Virus record (IMG/VR): IMGVR_UViG_3300044971_004534
Strand: one strand, 5' to 3'
Length of the DNA: 64,000 nt
Source: a virus
Made by a program: the position numbers and the translations under genes. Each line of letters opens with the position of its first letter. Position 1 is the first letter of the stretch. The notes below the pieces were generated by a model, which saw only the letters and a list, made by a program, of their open reading frames with translations, was not told the DNA's origin and did not search any database. Positions 7,801-15,748 of this stretch are shown here, piece by piece.

Positions 7801-7995
7801 ATGGCTACCAAATCCGCTATTCTTATCCCAAAAGAAGATTACAAAAAGTTACGTTCAATCCTGAAGGGCAGGAATCCAGAGGCTATTAGAAACTCTCGCA
7901 AGCGGACTGCGAGACTGTGCAAGTCCATTGCTGCACACCGATCTTCCATTCGTGCCAGTGTGCGCTCCCTCAAGTCTGCAAGAGACAGTCGTTGA
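7801..7995 (+). CDS. small basic protein (64 aa)
   Basis: ATG 7801 in frame of ORF-track 7786..7995; MATKSAILIPKEDYKKLRSILKGRNPEAIRNSRKR... Confidence 0.5.
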   Translation: MATKSAILIPKEDYKKLRSILKGRNPEAIRNSRKRTARLCKSIAAHRSSIRASVRSLKSARDSR

Positions 7996-7997
7996 GC

Positions 7998-8462
7998 ATG
8001 GAGCCGTTTGACTACGGGGTTGATTTCTCTTCCGTTGATTTCAGGAAGAATCCCCATCTGTACAAAGTGGGCAGGGGAGAACAGGGCGTTCTCCTTGTGG
8101 AGCCGTACAAGAGCGAGATTCTTCCCCATTGGCGTTTCAGGAATCCTGCCATTGCACGTGAGTCTGCCCAAAAGATTTACAGAATGTTCCTGTCGTACAT
8201 CTCGCAGGGAGATTTCGTTGGTGCTGACATGGCGAGAAAGTACCTGATGATGGGTTGGACTCGCGCAAGAAGGTACGCAAACTACTCCGGTGGTAAAAAG
8301 TACGGAAGTGACGGAAAGCTCAACGAGCGTCTTCCCGATCACGACACATCGGAAAAGGCTCAATCCGCCGCCGTATTCAAGGAGTACTACGAGATGGCAA
8401 AATCAAACAAAGAATATGGGCAGATGCTCATTTTTTGGGGGAAGACAAATGCTGTCTCCTGA
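7998..8462 (+). CDS. DUF4385-like protein
   Basis: DFRKNPHLYKVGRGEQGVLLVEPYKSEILPHWRF...TRARRYANYSGGKKY matches my memory of DUF4385; ATG 7998 in frame of ORF-track 7917..8462. Confidence 0.6.
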   Translation: MEPFDYGVDFSSVDFRKNPHLYKVGRGEQGVLLVEPYKSEILPHWRFRNPAIARESAQKIYRMFLSYISQGDFVGADMARKYLMMGWTRARRYANYSGGKKYGSDGKLNERLPDHDTSEKAQSAAVFKEYYEMAKSNKEYGQMLIFWGKTNAVS

Positions 8463-8754
8463 AGAAAAGGAAAAGCGTCTCCGAGCAATCCGGGAAGTCT
8501 ACGAGAGGGCGCGTGATGATTGGGAGCGTGAAGGCGGCTTTGAAGGAAGGCGTGGCTGGACTCACAGAGCACGCAGTTGCTATGAACACGCAAAGGCGCG
8601 TTATGAATGGGCTCTCAAGGGGTATTTTCATTGGGAGCCAGGTTACGGCTTGATGACAGAAGAACAGCGTCAAGAGAACGAAACCCGTCAAGAGAAGTGG
8701 ATGCAGAATTTTTTTGCAGAAGTAGACGAGTGGAAGAAGACGCGGGGCTTCTAA
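8449..8754 (+). CDS. hypothetical protein
   Basis: ATG 8449 in frame of ORF-track 8290..8754; 14-nt overlap with previous gene. Confidence 0.55.
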   Translation: MLSPEEKEKRLRAIREVYERARDDWEREGGFEGRRGWTHRARSCYEHAKARYEWALKGYFHWEPGYGLMTEEQRQENETRQEKWMQNFFAEVDEWKKTRGF

Positions 8755-8975
8755 AACTCCAATTCGCTCCTCCATAAGCAAAATCCACTTCATAAGAAAA
8801 TTCGGGGCAAGGAAAGTACACATCAACACTACTTATAGTATTTTTTCATTTACAATCCACTACCTATTGGTATTGCGTCTAAAATGCTACTTCTTTCCTT
8901 CCTTTTTTACACCCCAGTCTTTAAGCTTAAAAAGCTGCAAAATTATTCTTAAAACTTAAAAACCTTTCTCCTTGT

Positions 8976-9281
8976 ATGTCGTGTATGATGGAATACGTGG
9001 ACACAGACCGCCTGACTCCCCTACAGGTGGAGGCGATGAAGAGCGAGATGCTGTCTCTTGTGCATGATATCAGTCACGGAGGGTGGGTAAGCGTACAGTT
9101 GTTGTGGAGTGCGTGTGACACTTCCCTTTCCCCCAAGCAGCAGCAGTATTTCTACAAGGTGATGTACGAGTTGTTTGACGAGGGAAAGATCGAAAGCAGG
9201 AAGTCCACCAATCCCAAGGAGTGGGACATCAGGATCTGCCCCTTGTACTCCCTCCTCCTCTCTTCAAAAACACGTTCTTAA
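8976..9281 (+). CDS. hypothetical protein (possible wHTH)
   Basis: ORF track; stop lies in repeated TTCTTAAGAAAATTCGGG element. Confidence 0.55.
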   Translation: MSCMMEYVDTDRLTPLQVEAMKSEMLSLVHDISHGGWVSVQLLWSACDTSLSPKQQQYFYKVMYELFDEGKIESRKSTNPKEWDIRICPLYSLLLSSKTRS

Positions 9282-9300
9282 GAAAATTCGGGCAAACAAG

Positions 9301-9603
9301 ATGACCACCAATACTACCACGCAGAAACTACTAGAAGACCTGAAAAGCCCTGAACGGAATGTCCGCATGGATGCAGCAAGGAATCCCAATGCCACTCCCG
9401 AAGTACTTCTTATTGCGATGAAAGACGAGTATCAGTATGTCCGCCAAGTAGCAGCAGCCAATTCCAATGCCACTCCCCAAGTGCTTCTTATTGCCCTGAA
9501 AGACGAGGATTATTTTGTCCGCAGAGCAGCAAAATGGGCAATAGAAGAAAATCCCTTCTTAGCACTCCAAATCGCTGCTCTCCAAGGAAAAGCCTCTTCT
9601 TAA
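9301..9603 (+). CDS. HEAT / leucine-rich-repeat-variant (LRV) repeat protein
   Basis: Repeats VRMDAARNPNATPEVLLIAMKDE / VRQVAAANSNATPQVLLIALKDE / VRRAAKWAI; ATG 9301 in frame of ORF-track 9175..9603. Confidence 0.7.
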   Translation: MTTNTTTQKLLEDLKSPERNVRMDAARNPNATPEVLLIAMKDEYQYVRQVAAANSNATPQVLLIALKDEDYFVRRAAKWAIEENPFLALQIAALQGKASS

Positions 9604-9697
9604 GAAAATTCGGGGGAAAGGTATATCACTTCAAAAAAACAGAATATGACCAAAATTTCACCCCTCTTTCCCTCCCTTCCCATCCCGATAAAGCCGT

Positions 9698-10327
9698 ATG
9701 GCAGAAAAGGAAGAAGTACAAGACAGCTTGTTCTCCCATGTAACCCTTTGGGAAGAACTGAGAGCGTGTAGCAAATGCTCCTCCATGCACCCTCTTTCCC
9801 ACTACAAGTGCATAGATAAAAGGGATAAGAAAGGATACTACCTACGAGGGAAGTGCCGTTTGTGCAAAAAGATTGAGTTTGACCAAAAATACGAACGCAA
9901 GTTGGCAGCAAACTTGTTCCCAGACAAAAGGGAATGCATCGTATGCAAGAAGGAAAAGCACCGCAACCAGTTCAATGTTCACAAGAAAGCAAAGAGCGGA
10001 CTGTACGGTGTATGCAAATCATGTTATGTAAAAAAGAATTACTTTTTCCGCCACTCCCAATCCAATCCCACTCAAGAAGATTTTGAGCGCTATTGCAAAG
10101 CCACTTGCTGCGAATGCTGTGGAGAGCCATTCCAAAAACAGGGGAAAAGAAAAAAGTGTCAAGACCATGACCACGACACAAATGCACTCAGAGGCATCAT
10201 TTGCCAGCAATGCAACTGGGGTGAAGGCTTACTGAAGCATGGTTCAAAATGCATTTCTGAACATTCCCGTTCGTGTGTCTTGAAGTACATGGAGAAGTGG
10301 GGAATCACCCCCAAAGATCCCGCATGA
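9698..10327 (+). CDS. recombination endonuclease VII / HNH-type nuclease
   Basis: CQDHDHDTNALRGIICQQCNWGEG matches the Endo VII DHDH-x-TG-x2-RG-x-LC-x2-CN signature; several CxxC pairs upstream. Confidence 0.75.
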   Translation: MAEKEEVQDSLFSHVTLWEELRACSKCSSMHPLSHYKCIDKRDKKGYYLRGKCRLCKKIEFDQKYERKLAANLFPDKRECIVCKKEKHRNQFNVHKKAKSGLYGVCKSCYVKKNYFFRHSQSNPTQEDFERYCKATCCECCGEPFQKQGKRKKCQDHDHDTNALRGIICQQCNWGEGLLKHGSKCISEHSRSCVLKYMEKWGITPKDPA

Positions 10328-10450
10328 ATCCCATGTCCGATCAAGATGTGCCGCCCGAGTATTGGGTGTACTGGTGCGGTCTTCCAATCCTCGTAAGGGC
10401 GTGACAGCGTTTGGCTCAACGCAACTGCAGCAATAACCCTCATTCCGATC

Positions 10451-10590
10451 TCTGTAGCAAAAGGGGTTTATTAGAAATATACCCCCCTCATTTTCACTTC
10501 TGTAGCAAAAGGGGTTTATTAGAAATATACCCCCCTCATTTGGATCTCCGTAGCAAGGTTTATTAGAAATATACCCCCCTCATTTGGATC
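10451..10590 (+). repeat. 3 tandem copies of a 48-bp unit
   Basis: TCTGTAGCAAAAGGGGTTTATTAGAAATATACCCCCCTCATT at 10451-10492 and 10499-10540; third copy 10547-10584 lacks 4 nt; each unit has a GGGGT...ACCCC hairpin. Confidence 0.85.
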
Positions 10591-10733
10591 TCTACTTGCC
10601 GCCCATCTGCGCCATGGAATTTTCTTATATTAGATAATTCGCTGCCCCACTTCCCTCCACACTGCCCCACATTGCAACACACTTCATCACACTTCTTACA
10701 AAATTCACGGCCCACTGGGGGAGGTTTTCCCTC

Positions 10734-11432
10734 ATGTCCGATGAATATAAAATCATGAACTGGTATTCAATTATGAAATTAGCTGATGCTCTTACGGGCG
10801 ATGATGACGAGGCGTTGTGGCGGGAGATAGGGGAAGCTGGCCCTCGCCCGCTGGGTGGGTATGGCCGTGAAGACCTGAGCGGGGAATACTCCAGACGCCA
10901 ACAATTCACCCACCGTTATGGTTGGGCTGTTCCTTCACGTGGAGCACTGAAGAAGATGAAGGAATGGATTGGCGGTGGCAAGGTGATAGAGGTGGGAGGG
11001 GGTAGGGGTCTATGGAGTCGCTTGCTTCGTGGTATGGGGGTAACGGTTGAGGTGTCTGATGCGTATGGGGCAAAGGAGAATTTCTTCCTGAAGGACAGGT
11101 TCAAGGAGAAGGACGAGGGTTCTGACCACACGTGGACGGAGGTTCAGCAGATGAGTGGTGAGGACCATGCTGCTACGGGTGGACCGAACGACGTGTTGAT
11201 GATGATCTGGCCGTACATGGAAGACGAGGGTGCAAAGGGAGACTGGCAGGGTGAGGCACTGAGGCGCTTTGGGGGCAGGAAGTTCATCTACGTTGGGGAG
11301 AGTGAAGGTGGGGCCACTGGATCACCTGGTTTGTGGGCTGAGCTGAACAAGGGATGGCGTGTTGTGGGCGAGGTTGAAATTCCTCGTTGGTGGGGAATGC
11401 ACGACTGGGTGGTTTTTTACGAGAGGAATTGA
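10734..11432 (+). CDS. putative SAM-dependent methyltransferase-like protein
   Basis: ORF track; Rossmann motif-I-like KVIEVGGGRGLW followed by VEVSD; SD GGGGGAGG upstream. Confidence 0.5.
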   Translation: MSDEYKIMNWYSIMKLADALTGDDDEALWREIGEAGPRPLGGYGREDLSGEYSRRQQFTHRYGWAVPSRGALKKMKEWIGGGKVIEVGGGRGLWSRLLRGMGVTVEVSDAYGAKENFFLKDRFKEKDEGSDHTWTEVQQMSGEDHAATGGPNDVLMMIWPYMEDEGAKGDWQGEALRRFGGRKFIYVGESEGGATGSPGLWAELNKGWRVVGEVEIPRWWGMHDWVVFYERN

Positions 11433-11471
11433 TTTTTTTGGTCGTCTAGGTACGATAGATGGATATAGAAG

Positions 11472-11498
11472 TGAGTTCCCTTGGGGAACTCATCTTTG
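11472..11498 (+). terminator. rho-independent terminator
   Basis: GAGTTCCC-ttg-GGGAACTC stem followed by ATCTTT. Confidence 0.55.
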
Positions 11499-11526
11499 GT
11501 GCGGTGTGTGCTAGGATTAAAAAACT

Positions 11527-11601
11527 GGCCCTGTCGTCTAGCCTGGTCTAGGACACCTCCCTTTCACGGAGGTAACAGGGGTTCGAATCCCCTCAGGGTC
11601 A
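11527..11601 (+). tRNA. tRNA-Glu(UUC)
   Basis: Cloverleaf by eye; acceptor GGCCCTG/CAGGGTC, anticodon loop CTTTCAC, T-arm GGGGTTCGAATCCCC. Confidence 0.9.
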
Positions 11602-11620
11602 CTTTCTTAGGATTTTAAAC

Positions 11621-12325
11621 ATGATTAGGCGTCACATGGACGTGAGCAGAGTAACTCACGCAAGCTGGCAGTACGTGGCGTTCCATGAGAGCGCTGATGT
11701 ACGTGACAAGTGGGGGCTGCGCTCTAGTGAATACGGCATGCAGGCTGTGCGTCGTATGCGGTACATCTGGGGCTGGCATTTTCATTTCAAGTCTATGGGT
11801 GACATTGACTTGTTTGATCGGCTGGGAGCTCGCAAGCACCGTGAGTGGATGGAAAAGGGGGTTACGTTGACCCCTCGTGAGGAGTCTTTGCTGTGCCGTT
11901 GGGGTGATGAGGTCTTTGGGAGTTGGTGTGACGAGGAGGTTTGGGGGTGTGGGGCCATGCGGAAGCGGGTGAAGGCAAAGGGTCGTTGTCCTACTCCTGC
12001 GATGGTGTGGGTAACGACTGTTGTGGGGAGTAAATGGTGGACGGACAGAATGGGGGTGTCTGATTTTACTTTGCGCCCCAAAATGGTCCATGTTCCACCT
12101 GGTGCGAAGCGGTTCGTGAGGGTGAAGGACGATGAGTGCGATAAGTTTGTTCCCCCTTGGGGTATGAACGCGGTGGGGTTTGCGTTGGAATTATTGCGGG
12201 AAAAAAAAGACTCTCCCATTCCCGTCAAGCGCTTTGAGGCGTTTGCTCGCAGATTCTGGGGGGCAGAGCTGAGAGGTGGGGGAATTGAGAGAGTCCGTGA
12301 GCTGGGAGGGAAGGGTCTCTTGTAA
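11621..12325 (+). CDS. hypothetical protein (Trp/Arg-rich)
   Basis: ORF track; several antisense ORFs overlap, so strand choice rests on context only. Confidence 0.45.
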   Translation: MIRRHMDVSRVTHASWQYVAFHESADVRDKWGLRSSEYGMQAVRRMRYIWGWHFHFKSMGDIDLFDRLGARKHREWMEKGVTLTPREESLLCRWGDEVFGSWCDEEVWGCGAMRKRVKAKGRCPTPAMVWVTTVVGSKWWTDRMGVSDFTLRPKMVHVPPGAKRFVRVKDDECDKFVPPWGMNAVGFALELLREKKDSPIPVKRFEAFARRFWGAELRGGGIERVRELGGKGLL

Positions 12326-12398
12326 TTCCCTAGCGAGAAGGGAAAGCGCTCGAAAGCGGTGTCCAAGAGACCCTTATCACTCTCAGGGGGGTTTTTAT

Positions 12399-13430
12399 TT
12401 ATCGGCACGGATGGAGAAATTTAAGGAAGTCTTCAGATACTTTTTTCCATGTGTGACCGCTTGCGTGCCTGATTGCTCCTTGAGGGGAGCAGTGGATAAT
12501 GGCTAGCACTGTGGCGAGTTTCAGTGCTGGGAGTGAGCCATCAAAGGCGAGGTATCCGTTCTTCCCGTTCTGGACCCAGTCTTTTGGTCCTGTGACGGGG
12601 TATCCCACAACGGGGAGGCCGCATGCATTTGCTTCCAGCATGACGAGTCCAAAGGTGTCGTTTTTTGATGGGAACACGAAGATGTCGGCATTGCGCAGAG
12701 CTCTCCCCACACCTTCTGGTGGGAGTGGGCCACTGAAATGAACTTTGGGGTATTTCTTTTTAAGTGTATTAAGGTACGAGCCACCGCCTACAAAAGTGCA
12801 GTGGAACCCACTGTTGGAGAGTTCGCAGAAGTCGTCTAAGCCTTTCTCTGGGTGGGCTCTGGACACGCATATAAGGCGCTTGGAGTGAATCTTGAGGGCA
12901 TTACGCTTCCACGCAGGCGGGAAGAAGTAGGACTCGTCTACGCCCCTTCCCCAGACGGCAATGCGGTGGGCTGGTGCGAGTAGGTACGACTCGTTGACGA
13001 GCTCGCCCTTTGTGGAGCGTGTGGGTACGAGAATTTTCTTAGAAAGTTTGTGGAACCACTTGAGGTAGCACTGGGTCAAGGACTGGGGGATGCCGTACCA
13101 GTCGTTTAAGATATCGGGAAATTTAGTGTGGTATCCTGTTGTGAAATGGAGGCGGGAGCTCGAGCATGCTCTCCTAGCACTGAAGCCCAGAGGTCCTTCA
13201 GTGAAAATGTGTATATGATCAGGGTTAAAGTCTTTGATTTTTTTCTTTAGGAAGGGGAAGACGAGTTTGACGCCACCGGTGAATGGCAATTGTATTCCCC
13301 AGAAGAGACCTGGATGAAGAAGCAGCACTTCGTGACCCAGCTGGGTAAGTGCTGAAGCTGTATTTTTAACTGTGGTGTAGACGCCATTGATCTGGGGCTC
13401 CCAGGCGTCTGTGACAAGGATAATCCGCAT
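12399..13430 (-). CDS. GT4-family glycosyltransferase (Agt/SQD2-like)
   Basis: MRIILVTDAWEPQINGVYTTV N-terminus and EANACGLPVVGYPVTGPKDWVQNGKNGYL (EX7E region) are typical of GT4. Confidence 0.85.
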   Translation of the reverse strand: MRIILVTDAWEPQINGVYTTVKNTASALTQLGHEVLLLHPGLFWGIQLPFTGGVKLVFPFLKKKIKDFNPDHIHIFTEGPLGFSARRACSSSRLHFTTGYHTKFPDILNDWYGIPQSLTQCYLKWFHKLSKKILVPTRSTKGELVNESYLLAPAHRIAVWGRGVDESYFFPPAWKRNALKIHSKRLICVSRAHPEKGLDDFCELSNSGFHCTFVGGGSYLNTLKKKYPKVHFSGPLPPEGVGRALRNADIFVFPSKNDTFGLVMLEANACGLPVVGYPVTGPKDWVQNGKNGYLAFDGSLPALKLATVLAIIHCSPQGAIRHASGHTWKKVSEDFLKFLHPCR

Positions 13431-13449
13431 GGGTAAGACCCCTTTCTAA

Positions 13450-13477
13450 AATGAATTTCTATGTATAGAAATTCATT
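13450..13477. promoter_or_regulatory. 28-bp palindrome (operator-like), copy 1
   Basis: AATGAATTTCTAT-gt-ATAGAAATTCATT, perfect 13-nt arms, 19 nt upstream of the GT4 start on the minus strand. Confidence 0.6.
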
Positions 13478-13516
13478 CAAAAACGAGGTGTCTCCTTCTT
13501 ATTTCTGCCCCGATTT

Positions 13517-14269
13517 TTATAATTCTGTCCAGAAGACTAGTTTTATTTCGCCTTCTTCTGTTTCAACGAGGGCACTGAACGACTCAACCCAGTCGCCACA
13601 GTTGTAGTAGGAAATCCCGTTGAGGTCGCGCACTTCAGGCTTATGGATGTGTCCGCACACGACACCGTCGTATCCACGACGCTTTGTATATTCAGAGATG
13701 TGATGCTCAAAATGAAAAACGAAGTTTGTTGCCTGCTTAAAGTTCTGCTTAATGAACTTGGAGAACGACCAGTTCTTCTTGCCGAAAAGACGTAAAGCTT
13801 TTCCTACCAGTCGGTTAGATACAACAAGGAAGTCGTATGCCGTTGATCCCAGAGCACTGATCAGAGGGTTGAGGCGGACAGCAGAGTCAAAAACATCGCC
13901 ATGAAGAACAAGGATCTTCTTACCACCGAGGGTTGTGTGGGAAGCTTCGTTCTTGAACTTGATGTCTCCAAGGGTGATTTTTGTCGGTAGCCATAGACGG
14001 ATGAATTCATCGTGGTTTCCTGGAAGATAGGTAACGTGGGCACCCTGCTTTACCTTCTTCAGTATTTTACGGACAGTAGTGGAATTGGCATTAGGCCAGT
14101 GCCATCGTGATTTGAGGCGCCATCCGTCAATGATATCACCTACAAGATACAGGGAGTCGCAGGTGAATGAATCAAGAAAGTCGTTGACCTTATGAGGGTT
14201 GGCGCAGTCAGCTCCGAGGTGCAGGTCAGAGATCCAGACTGCTCTAAAGTGGTTTTTTGATTTTTTCAT
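13517..14269 (-). CDS. LpxH/YbbF/PlcP-like metallophosphoesterase
   Basis: ISDLHLG, VGDIIDGW, PGNHDEF, VLHGDVFD, CGHIHKPE in LpxH-family order; start moved to MKKSKNHFRAVW within ORF-track 13517..14395. Confidence 0.8.
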   Translation of the reverse strand: MKKSKNHFRAVWISDLHLGADCANPHKVNDFLDSFTCDSLYLVGDIIDGWRLKSRWHWPNANSTTVRKILKKVKQGAHVTYLPGNHDEFIRLWLPTKITLGDIKFKNEASHTTLGGKKILVLHGDVFDSAVRLNPLISALGSTAYDFLVVSNRLVGKALRLFGKKNWSFSKFIKQNFKQATNFVFHFEHHISEYTKRRGYDGVVCGHIHKPEVRDLNGISYYNCGDWVESFSALVETEEGEIKLVFWTEL

Positions 14270-14885
14270 TTGAAATAAGCTCTTGAGTGCGAAGGCCAGA
14301 TCGTCGAGCACTGTTCCATAGAAGATCAGCCCAGAGAGCGCCTGCCTGTATATCGGATGGGAAGTGGAGTCCGCCATCGACTCTGCTCTGGCCAACTAAA
14401 TCGGCCATCTTCATAAACGTACTTTCCTTGTGGGGGAAATTTTCAGCAAGGGCATGAGCCATGATTCGGGCGCATGCCATGTGTCCAGAGGGGTACGAGG
14501 GTGAATGGTCTGTATCTGATGTTGCTGGCTCAAAGTCCATCTGCAGGCGCTTTGCTACTTCTTTCGGCCTGGGACGATTGTGATAGATTTTTTCTTTTAG
14601 AACAAGGGTTTCTGTATCTGATGCGATGAGCTCGAGCAGCGGGCGAAATACTGGGCCTGAACCCTGAGGTAATAATCTTAAAAAGTCATCTACGAATGAA
14701 GTATCGAAGACTTGGACCAAGAGCACCCTTTCTGGGTCGTCTTGAGCATCTCGCATCTGCTGAACAACTTGAAGGAGTTCCGTAGCACTGTCTGGCGGAG
14801 ACGGAAGATGAGGTGGATTTTCCTTCAGTATGACTGTGGGTCTGTGGAGCGCGACGTGATGTTCTGGGGAGAGTGGGCGTGGCAT
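14244..14885 (-). CDS. PAP2-family (type 2 phosphatidic acid/acid) phosphatase
   Basis: Kx6RP (HNRPRPKE), PSGH (SYPSGHMA) and SRx5Hx3D (SRVDGGLHFPSDIQAG) motifs; start taken at MPRPLSPEH, alternative ATG 14921 lies inside the palindrome. Confidence 0.8.
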   Translation of the reverse strand: MPRPLSPEHHVALHRPTVILKENPPHLPSPPDSATELLQVVQQMRDAQDDPERVLLVQVFDTSFVDDFLRLLPQGSGPVFRPLLELIASDTETLVLKEKIYHNRPRPKEVAKRLQMDFEPATSDTDHSPSYPSGHMACARIMAHALAENFPHKESTFMKMADLVGQSRVDGGLHFPSDIQAGALWADLLWNSARRSGLRTQELISNEKIKKPL

Positions 14886-14890
14886 AGTAA

Positions 14891-14918
14891 AATGAATTTC
14901 TATACGTAGAAATTCATT
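14891..14918. promoter_or_regulatory. 28-bp palindrome (operator-like), copy 2
   Basis: AATGAATTTCTA-tacg-TAGAAATTCATT, 12-nt arms identical to copy 1, immediately upstream of the PAP2 gene. Confidence 0.6.
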
Positions 14919-14966
14919 CAAAAAGGGGCCATCTCCTCCCCAAAAAATTGTATTTGAGCGGTTTTT

Positions 14967-15368
14967 TCAACGACCCTGAGGTAAGGTCGTGTGACCGGTC
15001 AAGCGCTGGTACGCGTCAACGTAGGCAATGTTTTCGGTACCCACTGCGATGCGCAGCTTCTCGTACCACATGTCAGTTTCTGCTTTTGTCATCTTCCCTT
15101 CGTGGGAGTAGATAGACAGATCCCGAACAATCCCCTGACGAGCAAGCATGGCTTCTTCTGCGTTGTATCGAAGCTTGTCCGAGTTCATGGAGCACCGAAT
15201 GGACTCCACCAGATCGTCATGGTATTTAAACCACGTGACCATGATCCGCTCTTCACGTGATTGACGCGTCGCACCTGCGTTGGTGGCACTGTTTGGGGTG
15301 GTTTGGCATCCAGAAGAAAAAAGCGACAACGCAACAACTAAGCTCGTAAGGCCAATGCTTTTTTTCAT
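14967..15368 (-). CDS. putative lipoprotein
   Basis: ORF track; MKKSIGLTSLVVALSLFSSGC signal peptide with Cys lipobox-like end. Confidence 0.65.
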   Translation of the reverse strand: MKKSIGLTSLVVALSLFSSGCQTTPNSATNAGATRQSREERIMVTWFKYHDDLVESIRCSMNSDKLRYNAEEAMLARQGIVRDLSIYSHEGKMTKAETDMWYEKLRIAVGTENIAYVDAYQRLTGHTTLPQGR

Positions 15369-15650
15369 TTAGGATGCCCCAATCAGTTCTTGAGTGACGA
15401 CCTCGAGCTCACGAGACCGCACTGAAACGGTTGCGTGAAGATTGAGGTACAGATCGCTTGCGGTGCGGAAGTCATCATCTGACACGTGTCCCTCATGAAC
15501 GAGTGTCGCCATGCGGTCCATCGCAATGGCTCCAGCCCTGAGGATTCCCTCAAGTTCGATAGATGATGTCAGTTCGTCCACCGTATAGATGGCGTAACTG
15601 AAGAATCCAAGAAGTTTGTCGCCGTCAATAGCTTCGTCTTCTGAAAGCAC
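15369..15650 (-). CDS. hypothetical protein
   Basis: ORF track; GTG start 8 nt after AAGGAG; abuts the lipoprotein gene. Confidence 0.5.
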   Translation of the reverse strand: MLSEDEAIDGDKLLGFFSYAIYTVDELTSSIELEGILRAGAIAMDRMATLVHEGHVSDDDFRTASDLYLNLHATVSVRSRELEVVTQELIGAS

Positions 15651-15748
15651 GAGTCTGGTCTCCTTTTTTAATTCAGGGGACCAAACATCGCACTGCGGAC
15701 CCCACTTCGCGCACCGCTTGAAGGCGAGCGATACCTCTTAGTAACCAC

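Noticed and set aside
10451-10590. Tandem 48-bp repeats as a mini-CRISPR array
   Set aside because: The units are directly adjacent with only 6-nt linkers and no unique spacers. There are only three copies.
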